64,000 nucleotides of DNA from Geosiphon pyriformis uo1 (Eukaryota; Fungi; Glomeromycota), in contig JAAOMT010000324.1 of the NCBI GenBank assembly GCA_016748015.1, forward strand, positions 62,001-126,000. The letters run 5' to 3'. A program made the translations under genes and the position numbers. Below are positions 23,101-36,214 of this stretch, one piece after another; the stretch's first letter is position 1; each line of letters starts with the position of its first letter. The notes beneath the pieces were generated by a model. That model was given only the letters and a program-made list of their open reading frames with translations. It searched no databases and was not told where the DNA came from.

Positions 23101-26100
23101 TTTGACTTAATAATGGCTTTAATCAATAGAGCCACACAGAAAAATGTCCACCAAATAAAAAAAGCTAAGTATATTGAGTACACAATGGAATTAACTAAAT
23201 TCAATTATGAAGATGAAGTGGAAACATACCACCAAATCACAAGTTATGTCTATTCAACCAAAAAAGCTCAAATTCAATGATTAGAACAAATGAACATTCA
23301 ACTACATAAAAAATGTACCATGCTTTGTAATGACTAATAATGTCCAGAATATTATGCAATTAGCATTTCTCTGCCCAACAAAAATAATAAATATGAATTT
23401 AAATTTGAAAAACCTGAAAAAAAAAATTTGCAACAACACCAATCTATCTTACTAAGAATCAACCAGCCTTATAACTCAAATATTTCAACAACAATAAGCA
23501 AGGAATCAAGCCAGAAAAAGCCCATGATATAGATGCTAAATATAATTTACAATATCTAGGAAAAGATACTTTGATCTTCTAACTAAAATCTTTAACAAAA
23601 ATCAACCTTAAAATTGCTCTCAAAATTCTACCAAGAGTAATGGTTCAAATTGCTTCTCAATTATTTCTAGCCAGTAAAAAAATCAACATTAAAAGAATAG
23701 TTATAGATTCAGGATACACTGGAAACATTACTGTCATGCTACAAAATAAAATTGAGCAATTATTCAAAATAAAACATGATGAAAAAATTGCTCAAGCAAT
23801 TTACCTACTCTTAATCAACATTTCAGGTTTATAATCAGTAAACAACAGAGAACAATTAGGAAAAAGTGAAAGAGAAACTCAAGATTTTGGTTCAACTGGA
23901 CGATTTACAGTTCCAGTAAACATAACTCTTAATATGTAAAGTGAATTTTACCAGATTTTACAACTTCTCCAACCAATTATCATTTTACCTTTTGAAGAAC
24001 ATCACAAAATTTACACTTGCTCAAAACTCACTACTACTCAACAAATTTTTGAATTCAATAAACAAATCTGTTTAAAGCATGAAATTTCAATTTCAAATGT
24101 TTATATTCCAAAAGGAGTAAAAAAATTTCGAGTTATATTTTACAACCCCAATAAATACCCTATTGTCTTATTAAATAAATTAAAAATTGGAATCATACAT
24201 AGCAACATTTTTCAAGATGAAAACTTTCAAATTGTTTCTAATTTCATCGAAATTGTAAGATATACTCTACTTTCCAACTCAAATATTATTGCTACTACTA
24301 AAAACTACCATCTTTTAGAAAAAAACTTTCTTGAATCAACATGGGTCTCTTAGAATCTCAACAACAAAAACAATTAAAACAGTTAATAGCTGAATTTACT
24401 GATATATTTGCAAAAGACAACAATGATCTTAGAAAAACTAATATTGTTCAACATTAGATTCACACAGGCAATGCTTCACTAAAATGTCAACAAGCTTATC
24501 AAGTACCACCTGCCAGCCACCAATTTATTAGGGAAGAAGTTTAGAAAATGCTCAATAATAAATTGATTCAATCATCAAAAAGTCCTTGGGCCTTATCAGT
24601 GGTTCTTATTAAAAAGAAAAACGGAAAAATCAGATTCTGTGTAGATTATCATCAGCTCAACAGCATGACAATTAGAAATGTCTATTCTTTTCCAAGAATT
24701 GATAACATGCTAAATGCTCTAGGAAAAGCCAAGTTTTTCTCAACTTTAAACTTGGAAAGTGGATACTGGCAAGTCGAAATAGACCCAAAAAATCAACCCA
24801 AAACAGTATTTACCCACCAAAGAAGAAACTATGAGTTTAATGTTATGTCTTTTAGACTCTGCAATACACTAGCAACATTCCAATGACTCATGGATGTTGT
24901 ATATAAAGAACTTTTATGGCAATTAGTAGTTGTTTATCTTAATGACACTAATATGTACTTACCAAGTTTTGAAGCTTATCTTATTCACCTGTAAAAAGTT
25001 TTTTAACAATTACAGAAAGCAGGATTAAAATTAAACATTGAAAAGTGTTACTTTGGAAAACCAAGTTTAATCTTTTTTGAACACATTGTTAGCAAAGATG
25101 GAGTCAAACCAAATTCTGGAACAATTAGTGCTGTCAAAAACTTTTAAACTTTTAAAAATACCACAGAACTATAAAGATTTGTAGGATTAGCCTCCTACTA
25201 TCGAAAATTCATAAAAAGATTCTTAGAAATTGCCAAACTACTTAATTATCTTACCAACAAAAATGTGTTATATCAATGAACTAAAAAACAGCAAAGAGTT
25301 TTTGAAACCCTCAAAACAAAATTAACAACAGTCCCAGTTTTTGTTTATTCAAACTTCAACAAACAATTTTAACTAATCACAGATGTTTTACATACAGCAT
25401 TTGGTGTTATTTTATTACAATTGGATAAAAATGGCCAGGAACAAGTTATTGTCTATGCCAGTAGAACACTTAAACTAACAGAACTCAAATATGGCTTAAC
25501 TGAATTAGGAGCTGCTGCAGTTATTTGGGCTTTTAAACACTTTTAACAATACTTGAAGAATAGAAAAGAATTTGATATCATAATTGACAATATTGGCTTC
25601 AAATGGCTTAATAAAAAGAAAACAAAACAAAGCGCCAAACAGTCTCAATGAAATGATTTTCTAGCAGATTATAAATATATTGTACACTACAAACTAAAAA
25701 ACCACACACCAATGTTAATAGTCTCTCAAGAATGAAACAAGATTAACACCAACAACAATTCTACCACAACTTACTACTATTAACAAAATAATAAAACAAC
25801 AATAAATTCCAGAAATTACAACAATCTTAAAAACTATTTGAAAACTCTTATCATGCCAGAAAATTGGTCTTCAAGTGAAAATTATTGATTACAATACCAA
25901 TCAAAACAATATTTTATATACCACAACAAAATTTATTATAAAAATTGCAGAAATCCAAACCAACCACTTAAATTAGTACAAGAAAATAAAAAAGAAACAA
26001 TTCTATACAATATGTACACAAATCTTTCTTTAGCACACTTGGGAAGAGATAAAACAATTCAAAGAATCTTTGAACATTATTTTTGACTTCACATGCAAAA

Positions 26101-27188
26101 AAACATTTGACAATATGTAGAATTTTGTAATAGTTGTTAAAAAAAAGAAGGAACTTGTCCCACAGAATCTTTAAATCCAAACAAAATTAGACAACTTTTT
26201 GACAGAGTTAGAATTGATTTAGTCGAACCATTATCTATCACAATCTAAGAAAATTGTTATATTGCAGTTGTAGTAGATTATCTTACTAAATAGTCTGAAG
26301 CTAGAGCCATCTAAAGAGCAGATGCAAAATCAGTAACAAATTTCATCTATAAAGACATTATTTGTAAACATAAATGTCTAATTGAACTTTTATCTGATCA
26401 AGAAACACATTTTGTGAACAACTTAATACAAAAAATTTGTGAATAATTTAATGTTAAAAGACCTCTATTATTACCTTATTACCCCCAAACAAATAGACTT
26501 GTAAAACGTTTTAACAGAACATTGTGTGAATCATTAGCCAAAGTCTCAACTAATTTTGAGCAAAAATAGGATATATTTATTTCATCAGTATTATTAGTAT
26601 ACAGAACACTAAAACAAGATACTATAAAACACATATCATTTAATTTTATCTATGGAAAAACAGCAATATTACCAATTAATTTCACAGTAGAAACATACTC
26701 AGTGCAACCAATTAATGAAAAAAACTTTCAAGAAACACTCCAAAGAAAAGCTTACACTCTTTTTAGTACATTAAAAAGAAAAAAAACACATAGCAGCCAC
26801 TTATATTGAACACTTTTAAGCTTAACAAAAAGAAAGGCATGACAACAAACTGCCATTAATTACCAATGAATTTAAAGTTGAAAACAAAGTTTTCTTACAC
26901 AAAACTAAGGCTGAAAAACAATGGAGTGGAAAATTTAAACATAAATAAAATGGACCATTTTATATTCATAAAATTTTAGGCAAAAGATCATACAAGTTAA
27001 AATTTGATAACAAAATACTAGCAAAAGTTGCACATGGAGATTGATTGAAACACTATTATTCCAGAAACAATTCTGAACTATTAATTCCACAAATTGATAC
27101 ACATTCTCCTTTAATTAATTCTAAAAATATTCCCCAAAATTTAGAACCAATAGTTATAATAGAACAACAACCAAACTAGAACACTTAA
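20145..27188 (+). pseudogene. gag-pol: gag-pol polyprotein of B2, disrupted
   Basis: Capsid (IAKIPEFTG..EWLDKV..IPYFLQETAEKWF); knuckle CYYCGILGHWKQNC (~21570); PR LILDSRLAESII; Cys-rich module; dUTPase; RT SPWALSVVLIKKKNGKIRFCVDY..LESGYWQV and YLND; RH; IN with GPF motif. Confidence 0.94.
23500..23900 (+). pseudogene. dut: dUTPase domain within pol of B2
   Basis: PEKAHDIDAKYNL, VIDSGYTGNI, KIAQAIY, RETQDFGSTG. Confidence 0.9.
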
Positions 27189-27352
27189 TTTAACATTTTA
27201 TAATAACTTCTTTAAAATAAACAAAACATAAAACAAAAATAGTAAATAATTACAAAAAACATTCAAACCCAAAAACAAATAAAATCCCATACCCAAAAAT
27301 AATTTTCATTATTCTTTTTCAAAATTTTGTTTATTAATTAGTTATTTTTATC

Positions 27353-28060
27353 ATGATTATTTTTCGAAATATCTAACAAATATTCCAAAAATTAATGTTA
27401 GCCTTAAAAACACTTCTTGACTTATCTATAATGATTAATGGAAGTCAAATTAATTACATTCAAAAAAAAACTACAATACCAGTAGTAAATTATTCTCAGA
27501 ATTATCACCCTTATAGAAGAAATACAAGAAATTGTTTTGGAATTCAGTTACCAGAACTTTTAAAGCAAGCACTAAAAGAAAACCTTTTATTTGCTTCTAT
27601 TGACATTCCACCAAATGTCACAATCCAACAAAAACTTTTACTATTTTTTAATAAACAAAACAATGAACATATCTTGATTCATAGATATTTTCATATTGAA
27701 AAAACACTATATAAACGAAAACTGGAACTTGAAGCAAAAAACATCACTTCTGAAGCTATACAAAAACAAATTCACAATGAATTTAAGACAGCAGCCAGAT
27801 CAACAAACACTTGCTACAAACTTAGAGCAGTCTTTAGACTCTATGATTTATTTAACACTTGTAAAAACGTTTTACAAAATCCAATACTTTATTCAATAAA
27901 GATTTAATACATTGAAAAACTCACAGAACTAAAATTTTAACAATTTTTAGACCAAATCATTTCAATTATCTTGGACCACTATTTTGACATTACAAATAGT
28001 GCTTGGACTTTGACAGAGCTCAGTTTTTAGGAGGAGATTATATTACCAGTAAAATTTTAG
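27353..28060 (+). pseudogene. Accessory ORF3 of B2
   Basis: Collinear with 16567-17274; interrupted by CAA>TAA stops; includes track ORF 27395-27907. Confidence 0.85.
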
Positions 28061-28991
28061 CTATTAATTAGCATAAAATTAACCTCATAATTTTTATTAT
28101 TAATTAACATAAATTATTATCATTTCAATTATCACTTATTATTTAATCAAACTATCAAATATTATCATTTAATTAATAACTCAATTTGTACTATAAAAAT
28201 TAAAATGATCAAATTACACAATACTCTGAACCAGTTAATATAGTCAAAATTTGCCAAAATTAATAAAAATTGGCCGAAATAATCAATAGTTTGTAGAAAT
28301 AACTTGTAGTTTGCCAAAATTAGAGCAAAAAGAAAAGTGCAAGTTTAAAGACTAGTACTACAACAAGTTGTATAAAAAAAGAGCTTTTTTTTTCAAGAAA
28401 ATATATCATTTCATAGTATCTTATCATAGTATTTTACTTTAGATATCTTAATTAGAACAAATCATTTTTTACACATTTCAAATAAAAATTAAATATTCAA
28501 AAACCAAATCCTTTGATTATTACATTTGAAATTCCATCAACACAATTAACATTTTAAAATTAATTAGCTACCAATTTCAGTAATCTGTTAGTGACTCCAG
28601 GCCTGAATAGAAAACGTTTCTCTTGTTAGAATTCTATTTTTTTACTTTTCTTTTCTTTTTTCTTTCTTTTCTTATTATAATTATTAAGGTAGTCTACAAA
28701 CAAGATTTCTGTAGAAGAGTTGACTTTTACAGCAAAGTAACTACACATTTTTAGCAAGCTTTCAGATGAGCAATTCCTGAGAAAAAGTTGACATTTACTA
28801 CAACATAACTACATAAAGTAACTGGCAAAGAATTGGCTATTCTACTTATAAGCTTAACAGTTCAAATTATAGGAGATAATTTGAAGATAAATTTAGTTAT
28901 TGGAGGTTTAACTGCTTTCAGAAAACGTGAAATTAGCAACAAACAAACATTAACAGCATTCAAAAAAAAAGACTAAAAACCTTCAGTAACA
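28041..28991 (+). repeat. 3' LTR of B2
   Basis: TATTACCAG...CAGTAACA after the PPT AGGAGGAGA. Confidence 0.94.
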
Positions 28992-29220
28992 TTGATATTT
29001 CTTAGAATCAATAACAAATATTATTGTGCTTTTTAATTGTTTCTTTATTCAATGAATCACAAAAACAAGCAATCATTTCTCATGCTAATTCTAACAAATA
29101 CAAATCAAGAAGAGGAAAAGATAAGATATGTGAATGCCAACAAGTAATCTTTTATTCTAAGATGTTCAGATACTTGAAAGTAGAGAAAAAGAAATAAGCA
29201 ATATGAAAGGAAATAATTAA

Positions 29221-29393
29221 TATCTAAAAATAGGGTAGCTAATTATATGATATTAGTGGCTAATATATGTAATAATTAATAAAAAGTATAAGTTTTAACC
29301 ATAAAAATATTATGATTAAAATTTATAGTTTTTATTAATTATTACATGTATTAATTACTAATATTACTTAATTAGCCACCTTATTTTTAGATA
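29221..29393. mobile_element. Hairpin MITE (~170 bp) with TA target duplication
   Basis: TA-TCTAAAAATAGGGTAGCTAATT...AATTAGCCACCTTATTTTTAGA-TA, self-complementary along nearly its whole length; absent from the mirror arm of the host foldback. Confidence 0.8.
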
Positions 29394-31531
29394 GTAATTA
29401 ATGAACTAATTATTAACCTAATCATTAACTTGATTAATGATCTGATTATTAATCTAACTGTTAATTTGATCATTGATCTGATTAATAACTTGGTCATTAA
29501 CTAATTTTAATAACTATATAAACAATAAATTACTTAGTTATAAAAAAACATGATAAAAATAACAAAATAAAATCCACTATTAATTACTTTCTTTTATATT
29601 GCTTATTCTTTTTTTTATATCTTCAAGTATTTAAATATCTTGGAATAAAAGATTACTTGTTGGTTTTTTATATCTTATTTTTTCTTTTTTTTTGATTTGT
29701 ATTGTTAAAAAATTAGCCTAAAAAGTAATTGCTTGCTCTTATAATTTATTAAATAAAAAAATAATTGAAAAGCACAATAATATCTGTTATTGATTCTAAA
29801 AATTATCGAATTAAAACATAAAATAATAACAGTAGTGTTATTTTGTTAATAATTATGAACTATTCTTCTATCTTTAAATTTTCAGAAAAAATTTGTGACT
29901 ATAATTTTTATAAAACTGATCATGTATATTGAATTCTTATTTATTTAATTCACTTTTTTATTATTTTACAATCTTGTTTTTTCTTGTTATTTATTAACTT
30001 GTTACTCCAATCTGTAATAATATATTTATTGTTTTTGATAATTTTTTTTATTAAATTTAATGAATAAGATCTAAATACTACTTAATACAATATATTAAAT
30101 TAAGTAATTTAAACTAGATATAAATTATGTATTTATTATATATGTATTATTAAATTCAATATTTACTTGAGTAAGATTTAAAATCTTAAGAACAAAAGCA
30201 AAGTCTATATTAGGAATTAATCCAATACATTATACTATTTACTACACAATTATTTTCAATAATTCTAATATAATATACTAAAAAATCAAGAAATATACAT
30301 AATAAAGTTTTTTACTCATCTTTAATAAAAACAGAAAAAATAACAATAACCAAAATAATTAACAAAAATTAAAAACTCCAATATAAACACTTCATTAAAA
30401 AATTGTAGATTAATAATAAATTTTAATCTTATTATATAAAAAACTTTAAGCTGTTAAACTGAAACTTAATCCCAAAAAATCACAACTTAGTTTCTTAAAA
30501 CATATTATTGAGAGGAATAAAATAAAACCTAATTTTATAAAAATTAAGAAAGTCAAAAATTTTTTTTGTTTTCAAAATTTATAAAAGACTTCTTAACAAT
30601 AGTCTAATTTCTAAATCAATTATTAGTTAAAAATACAAAACAAAAGTAGAATAAAAAGCAAAAACAAACATTTAATTACTTGAAGCAAAAACTTATTAAA
30701 GCTTTAATTTTGTATATTTTAATTTTACCAAAAAATTTATATTTACAACTAATGTCTTTAAAATAGGTCTGGATGCTGTTTTGTTACAATAGAATAAAAA
30801 AATACATAGTTATATATACTAGTAAAGACTTAAAGATAGCTAAAAAAAACTATACTGTTTACAAAGTAAAATATCTTATTATGGTATAAACTATAAAATA
30901 TTTTAGATAATATCTACTACATAATCTCTTTAATATTATTATAAACCACAAAAAATTTACTTGGTTAATAAATAAAAACTCATTAGAAAAACATTATGCC
31001 AGATAAATTACCTTATTATAATCTTAATTTATATTATTATTTATAAAAAAAACTAAAAACACTAATATAAACTGTTTATTGTAAATAAAACATATATAAT
31101 CACCAAAAATCATTTATTATTTAATCAAAATGAATACCAAAACATACTAACATTTAATATAATATTTTATAATTCTTTAATTATCAATAAAATTATTGTT
31201 AAAAGAACAAACAAAAATCTAAAAACAAGTTAAACACTACCTAATTGTAAACAAAATATTATACTAATATACCAATATAATCTATTTTGAATAATTATTA
31301 AAATTCAAAAAAAAAAATTTCTATAATATGTATTCAAATTCAAATACAAAACACTTTGCAAAAGAAACTACAATTCAGCAAACAATTAGTTTGTATTATT
31401 TTTTTTTTTATTTGTTTAACAAGTGAGATCTAAACACTACCTAGTATAATACATCATACAAGTGATCTAAACCAGGCGTGAATCATGCTCTTTCTACACG
31501 TGACCAGCCACTCAGACTAGTTAGGACAACA

Positions 31532-34500
31532 CTAAGCACCTATATGCACCGAGACTAAGTTACTTATACTTGAAAAGAATAAACTAGATCTACGAAATCC
31601 AAAACCAATACCATTTGCATTAGCGATACCCAATAATCTAACCACATTGGACGAGAGTACCAAAGGAAGACCAGAAACCAAGACAGGAATAGAGCCATTA
31701 TGTGGGATCAAGCCACCCTTCTCCATAACAGCTTTGTGTTTCGCACAAACCAGCCAAATATCATCACGGAATGCAAAACAAAAATCACGCACAAATGCCA
31801 CGATATTCTGAGCCGCTGTTTTAGAGTCCTTGAAAACAAAAAAAGATTCACGATACCACTCATTGAAAACAAAGCCCTTACATATAGCCGCACCAACAAC
31901 AGCATTGGAAGTGCAAGCAGAAAGTGACTGTGAAACACATGAAGTCGAGTGAGATAAACCTAAGCATGTTTTCCAAACAGATGCATGAGTGTTCATCAAT
32001 CGGGCACAATTATCAGCATCGAATGGGCATGAAAACACATGATCTGAAATTTCAACATTGCCACAGAACAAACACATCATACTGAGGTACTCCTTGTCAT
32101 AAAGACGCTTTCGCACAGCAACAGGAAGACAATGATGCAACACCTTCATAAAATACGTTTGATAACCAGCAGTACGTGCACTAGTGAAACCAGCAGCCAA
32201 ATGAGAGTCCAGATGCCACACCGAACATGACCTGACCCAATCAACATCAGCATGTAAGCTGTCCACCAATACCTGAAAACCAGAACCAACCTTCCAATGT
32301 GCATGGTAAATAGAGTAGAAAACATCACAAACAAAATGCCTAAAATTACCAGAAACCACAGTACTGCCAGCCTTGAGAAAATGTTCATCGATCCTGTGAA
32401 GAAGATGCACACCAGAAGACGCAGCAGCTCTAGCCAAAGTGTCAGCACGCTCATTGCCCAAGACTCCAGAGTGACCTCTAACTTTAATCCAATCAACATC
32501 CAAATTTTTGTAACGAATGACATTAGAAATATGGCGGCGTTCAACCCAACCCCAATTCCTGAAATCTGGACACTCCAACATTAACTCTGACCTGCATGCA
32601 TCCAAAGCGGCCTGGCTGTCCAAAAACAGATTAACCGAACAAGAAGGAGGGACACACTCAAGAGCCAAAGCAATGGCCTGTAGCTTCATCATGATAAAAG
32701 AAACCAAACCAGAAACTTCCACATCTAAACCCAAATCAACGTCCTCAAAAAAAACAGTGGCACCAGCCTTCATATCAAGAGTACCCAGCCCACACAAAGA
32801 ACCATCCGTAAACACAGAAAGGTGATCGGAATTAACCTCCAACAAGCGATTGCAAACAACATCAAACTCGCAAGACTCAAGTATGTCAGACGAGTCAACA
32901 TTCAGTGGCAAAAAAGAACAAACGGGAGATGACCCAAAACCAGACAAAAAGTAAACAGCAGCATTAAACCAATCAGGAATCGGGCCCCGAGAGTCCAGTC
33001 TCTTCCACTGCTTGAAAGTCCTCCATTCGAAAACAGAACCAGTTCGATCACAAAGCTGCTCAACAAAGGCAATTCCATATTGCCAAAGCGAAGAGACACA
33101 TTTATAAAAAGCTAACTCGCCAAGAACAATAGACATTGGGGTCCCCTTTTGAAAATGAAAAACATTGGTCACGAGACCACCCAGAGAGAGGTCGCAACCC
33201 AAAAAAATCTGGACGACACCAGCCAAAAAATTATTCAAAGGACTGACATTAATACAAGAAGAGAAAAACAGGGGGTGACAAGGATGCCAACTGAGAACCT
33301 GTAAATCATGAGACCTATGCATGAACAGGCGGCCCAAAATACCCACAGAATTGGCAAAACAAACAACAGCAGCTGACTTGCTCTCGGTCTGGACCTGCTC
33401 AAAAGATTTCAACCCGTACAGAGAAGGATGATGAATAGCATCATTGGAAAAGTCGAGCGGCAAGCCAGATTTGGACTTCAAACCTTTATGAATCATAGTG
33501 TCTCATTTTACACACACACTAATAGGAACAAAACTAAACTGAGTCCTGTAGGCAATTATGGGGTGAAGAACCCGCTGACACCAAATACGAGAACTGTTTA
33601 TCAGAGATAGCCTTTCTCAGAACAAGGTTAGTGAAAAATCAGACATCTAAGCATGCCTTAGCCAAGCTAAGCTTTGACAAACTCTCAGTAGACAGAAAGA
33701 TACCCAGATACCGATGAAGCTCCCCCCTTTTGGCTATCAAAATAGGCAAACCACTGATCAACAAATGAGGGCTGGAAACTCTGCAATTAATGGGAATGGC
33801 CACCGTTTTGTCATTATTGATCAAAATGTTATTGACTCAAAAAACTCACTAGCAACATTGAGAATATGTTGGGTGGCAGTCTGGCTGCTACCAATCCAAA
33901 TTGTATCGTCGACAAAAGCACCAGCAGCAAGGAAAGAAGTCAAACCAGGCCAAGATTTAATGTGACCAGTGTTGGCAACAAAACGAGAGTCTAACCTGTA
34001 TCCACATACACTTTCTTGTCTCTTGACTTCACACAAAAGAGGATCATAAAATATGCACCAGAGAAGAGGAGAAAACACCTCTTCTTGATCCAAACCATCA
34101 TGTACCTGATATCCATTAGTCAACCCAAAATCCGTTATAACTCTGTTGACCCAATCATTGTGGATGCTACCAAAAAACTAAATGAATTTGTTACACATTT
34201 TTATTTTGACCAAGCTTTTCCTTAGATGCTCCCAGCCAACTGAATCATAAGCCTTTTGCATGTCTTGCAAGACCAGCCACAGCTTTCGGTTCTTTTCCAA
34301 AACATCCTCAATAACCGATCCAATAGCAAAAATAGGAGACTGCATGGTCGTGTCTTTTAAAACAGAAAAATTATCCCCTCTCAGAATGTCAAAAACACTA
34401 CAAGCTGATGAAATTCTGTCCGAAAACACTTTAGAAAGGATTTTGCGAGCTGTTTCAACCAAAGCAATAGGATGGGTATTCGTGAGAACACCCTCCCACT

Positions 34501-36214
34501 CATATGGTTTGAGGATCATTGACACCCAAGCCTCTTTCTAAGGCCCAGGAACAGATTCACGCTCCAAGCAAACATTTAAAAGCACTAAAAGCATATCCAA
34601 AACTGATTTGTCGCAGTGTTTCCACAACTCATTCGAGATACTAGAGAGACCAGCTGCTTTCCCATCAGGCAGGTTCGAAACAACATTAGACATCTTATCA
34701 AAATTAATTAGGCTTATTACACCAGAAAAAGTGTCATCAAAAACATACTTTAAAGGCTGATATTGGCGATTCCAGACACCAGTAACATCAAAAACTACAT
34801 TGTGCTTCCTAGTCCATTCCTTCATGACTGCATCTACTTTGGTCTTTACCAGAGTGGGCTCCAAAACCAACTTATCATCAACAATCAGATGATCCAAAGT
34901 TACTTTGTGAAAAAGACATTCCAACACACTTCTAATAGTGTGACCTTTGTCCAATTTGAAACTCTCCATCCTCTTATCTATTGCCGATCTGATTTGAGAT
35001 TTCCTAACTCACACTGCTTCTGACATTTTGGATACACGATAAGACTTTTTGACTACAGACAAAACTGACCAAATAGCATTGAAGTGGGAACCTGATAGGA
35101 AGAGAGACTTCACCACAAAAACATTGACCGAATCCAACTCTTCTCACCTGTTGAGCAAGGATGCAAACTCCACAGCAGAATCCATATGAGATGCTCTAAC
35201 TAACTTAGACACCAAGAGCTCAAGCTTGTGAAATTTGGACAAATCCTTGCTAAAAATTTTATTATATTCCTTGAACCATTTTTTCTTGAAAACTGCCTCA
35301 GCAGACAGACATATCACTTTACAGAGAGCAACCCACATCAAATCCAAGTCCGAGCAGATCCTGGCTGCAAGAAAATCGCCATAAAACATAGCAGCATTTG
35401 CCGCCATATTTTCCTTGGCCCATTTACCATCATCCGCACCTTTGCAATCGTACTTCCAGCGATCTCTATTTGCTTGCTTACAAGCAGAATTCAATTAAAC
35501 ATCAAGCAGACCACCCAAACCCACTAGCACTGAGACAGTCTAATGATCAGTATCAAAGTATTCTCCAACGCCAAACATGTCGTGACCCACTATCGCATTG
35601 ACCAGATTTGAAGAAACAAACATAAAATCAATCATCTTAGCAATGCCCTGAGAATTGGACCAAGTCGGTGATTTCCCACAGGAGCTTCCATCCAAGGCAT
35701 TAACCAGACCCAAATTCAGACACTTTTTAAAACTTGCACACTTGTAAGAACTGTCTTCATTGAAATCACCACTAAGCACAATGAAAGAAGATTCATTAAC
35801 AGCTTTTGCAATGAGAAAGTTGACTTCACCAGCCTGAGAGAACCAGACTGCTGAGAAGGCACCAGCGTACAGACCCAGAATAGACACTGAAAGTTTATTT
35901 TTGAAAAGTAACTTAATGGACAAGAGCCAACCAGACACCTTTGACACTTTGCACACATGTCTCACTAAAGAAGAGTTCATGACGACTGCAACACCAGCAC
36001 CCAGATATCCAGATTCCAAACCAGAGGTAAACACCCACACATCATCATATTTGTTGACAATCCATGGGCAAATTTTCTCTTTTAACTTTGATTCTGTAAA
36101 AATAGAAACTAAATTGTTCTTCTCCATATGCCAACAAATGACATCATCCTGTTTTACAAGATTGTTCATACCTCTGACATTGCAAGTAGCAATATTCCAA
36201 ACCAGACTGCCCAT
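31532..36214 (-). pseudogene. LINE ORF2: AP endonuclease, reverse transcriptase, RNase H, C-terminal CCHC; few stops and frameshifts
   Basis: ATCNVRG, GDFN, TDH (APE); PIAL, QDMQKAYDSV, FSPLLW, AFVDD, YLG (RT); FTDGS, DSQAAL, KVRGHSGVLGNERAD (RNH); CLFCGNVEISDHVFSC. Confidence 0.95.

Larger units (their letters stand above)
19025..28991 (+). mobile_element. Full-length Ty3/gypsy LTR retrotransposon B2 (~10 kb), inactivated
   Basis: LTRs 19025-20097 and 28041-28991; PBS ~20100; PPT ~28029-28038; 4-bp TSD TCGG/TTGA (empty site in the mirror arm reads TCGA). Confidence 0.96.
18781..30023. mobile_element. Non-autonomous foldback / long-TIR element (~1.1 kb net), split by element B2 and a MITE
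   Basis: 18781-19024 joined to 28996-29222 is the reverse complement of 29576-30023 (~450-bp arms); ~180-bp central loop; no ORF. Confidence 0.8.
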
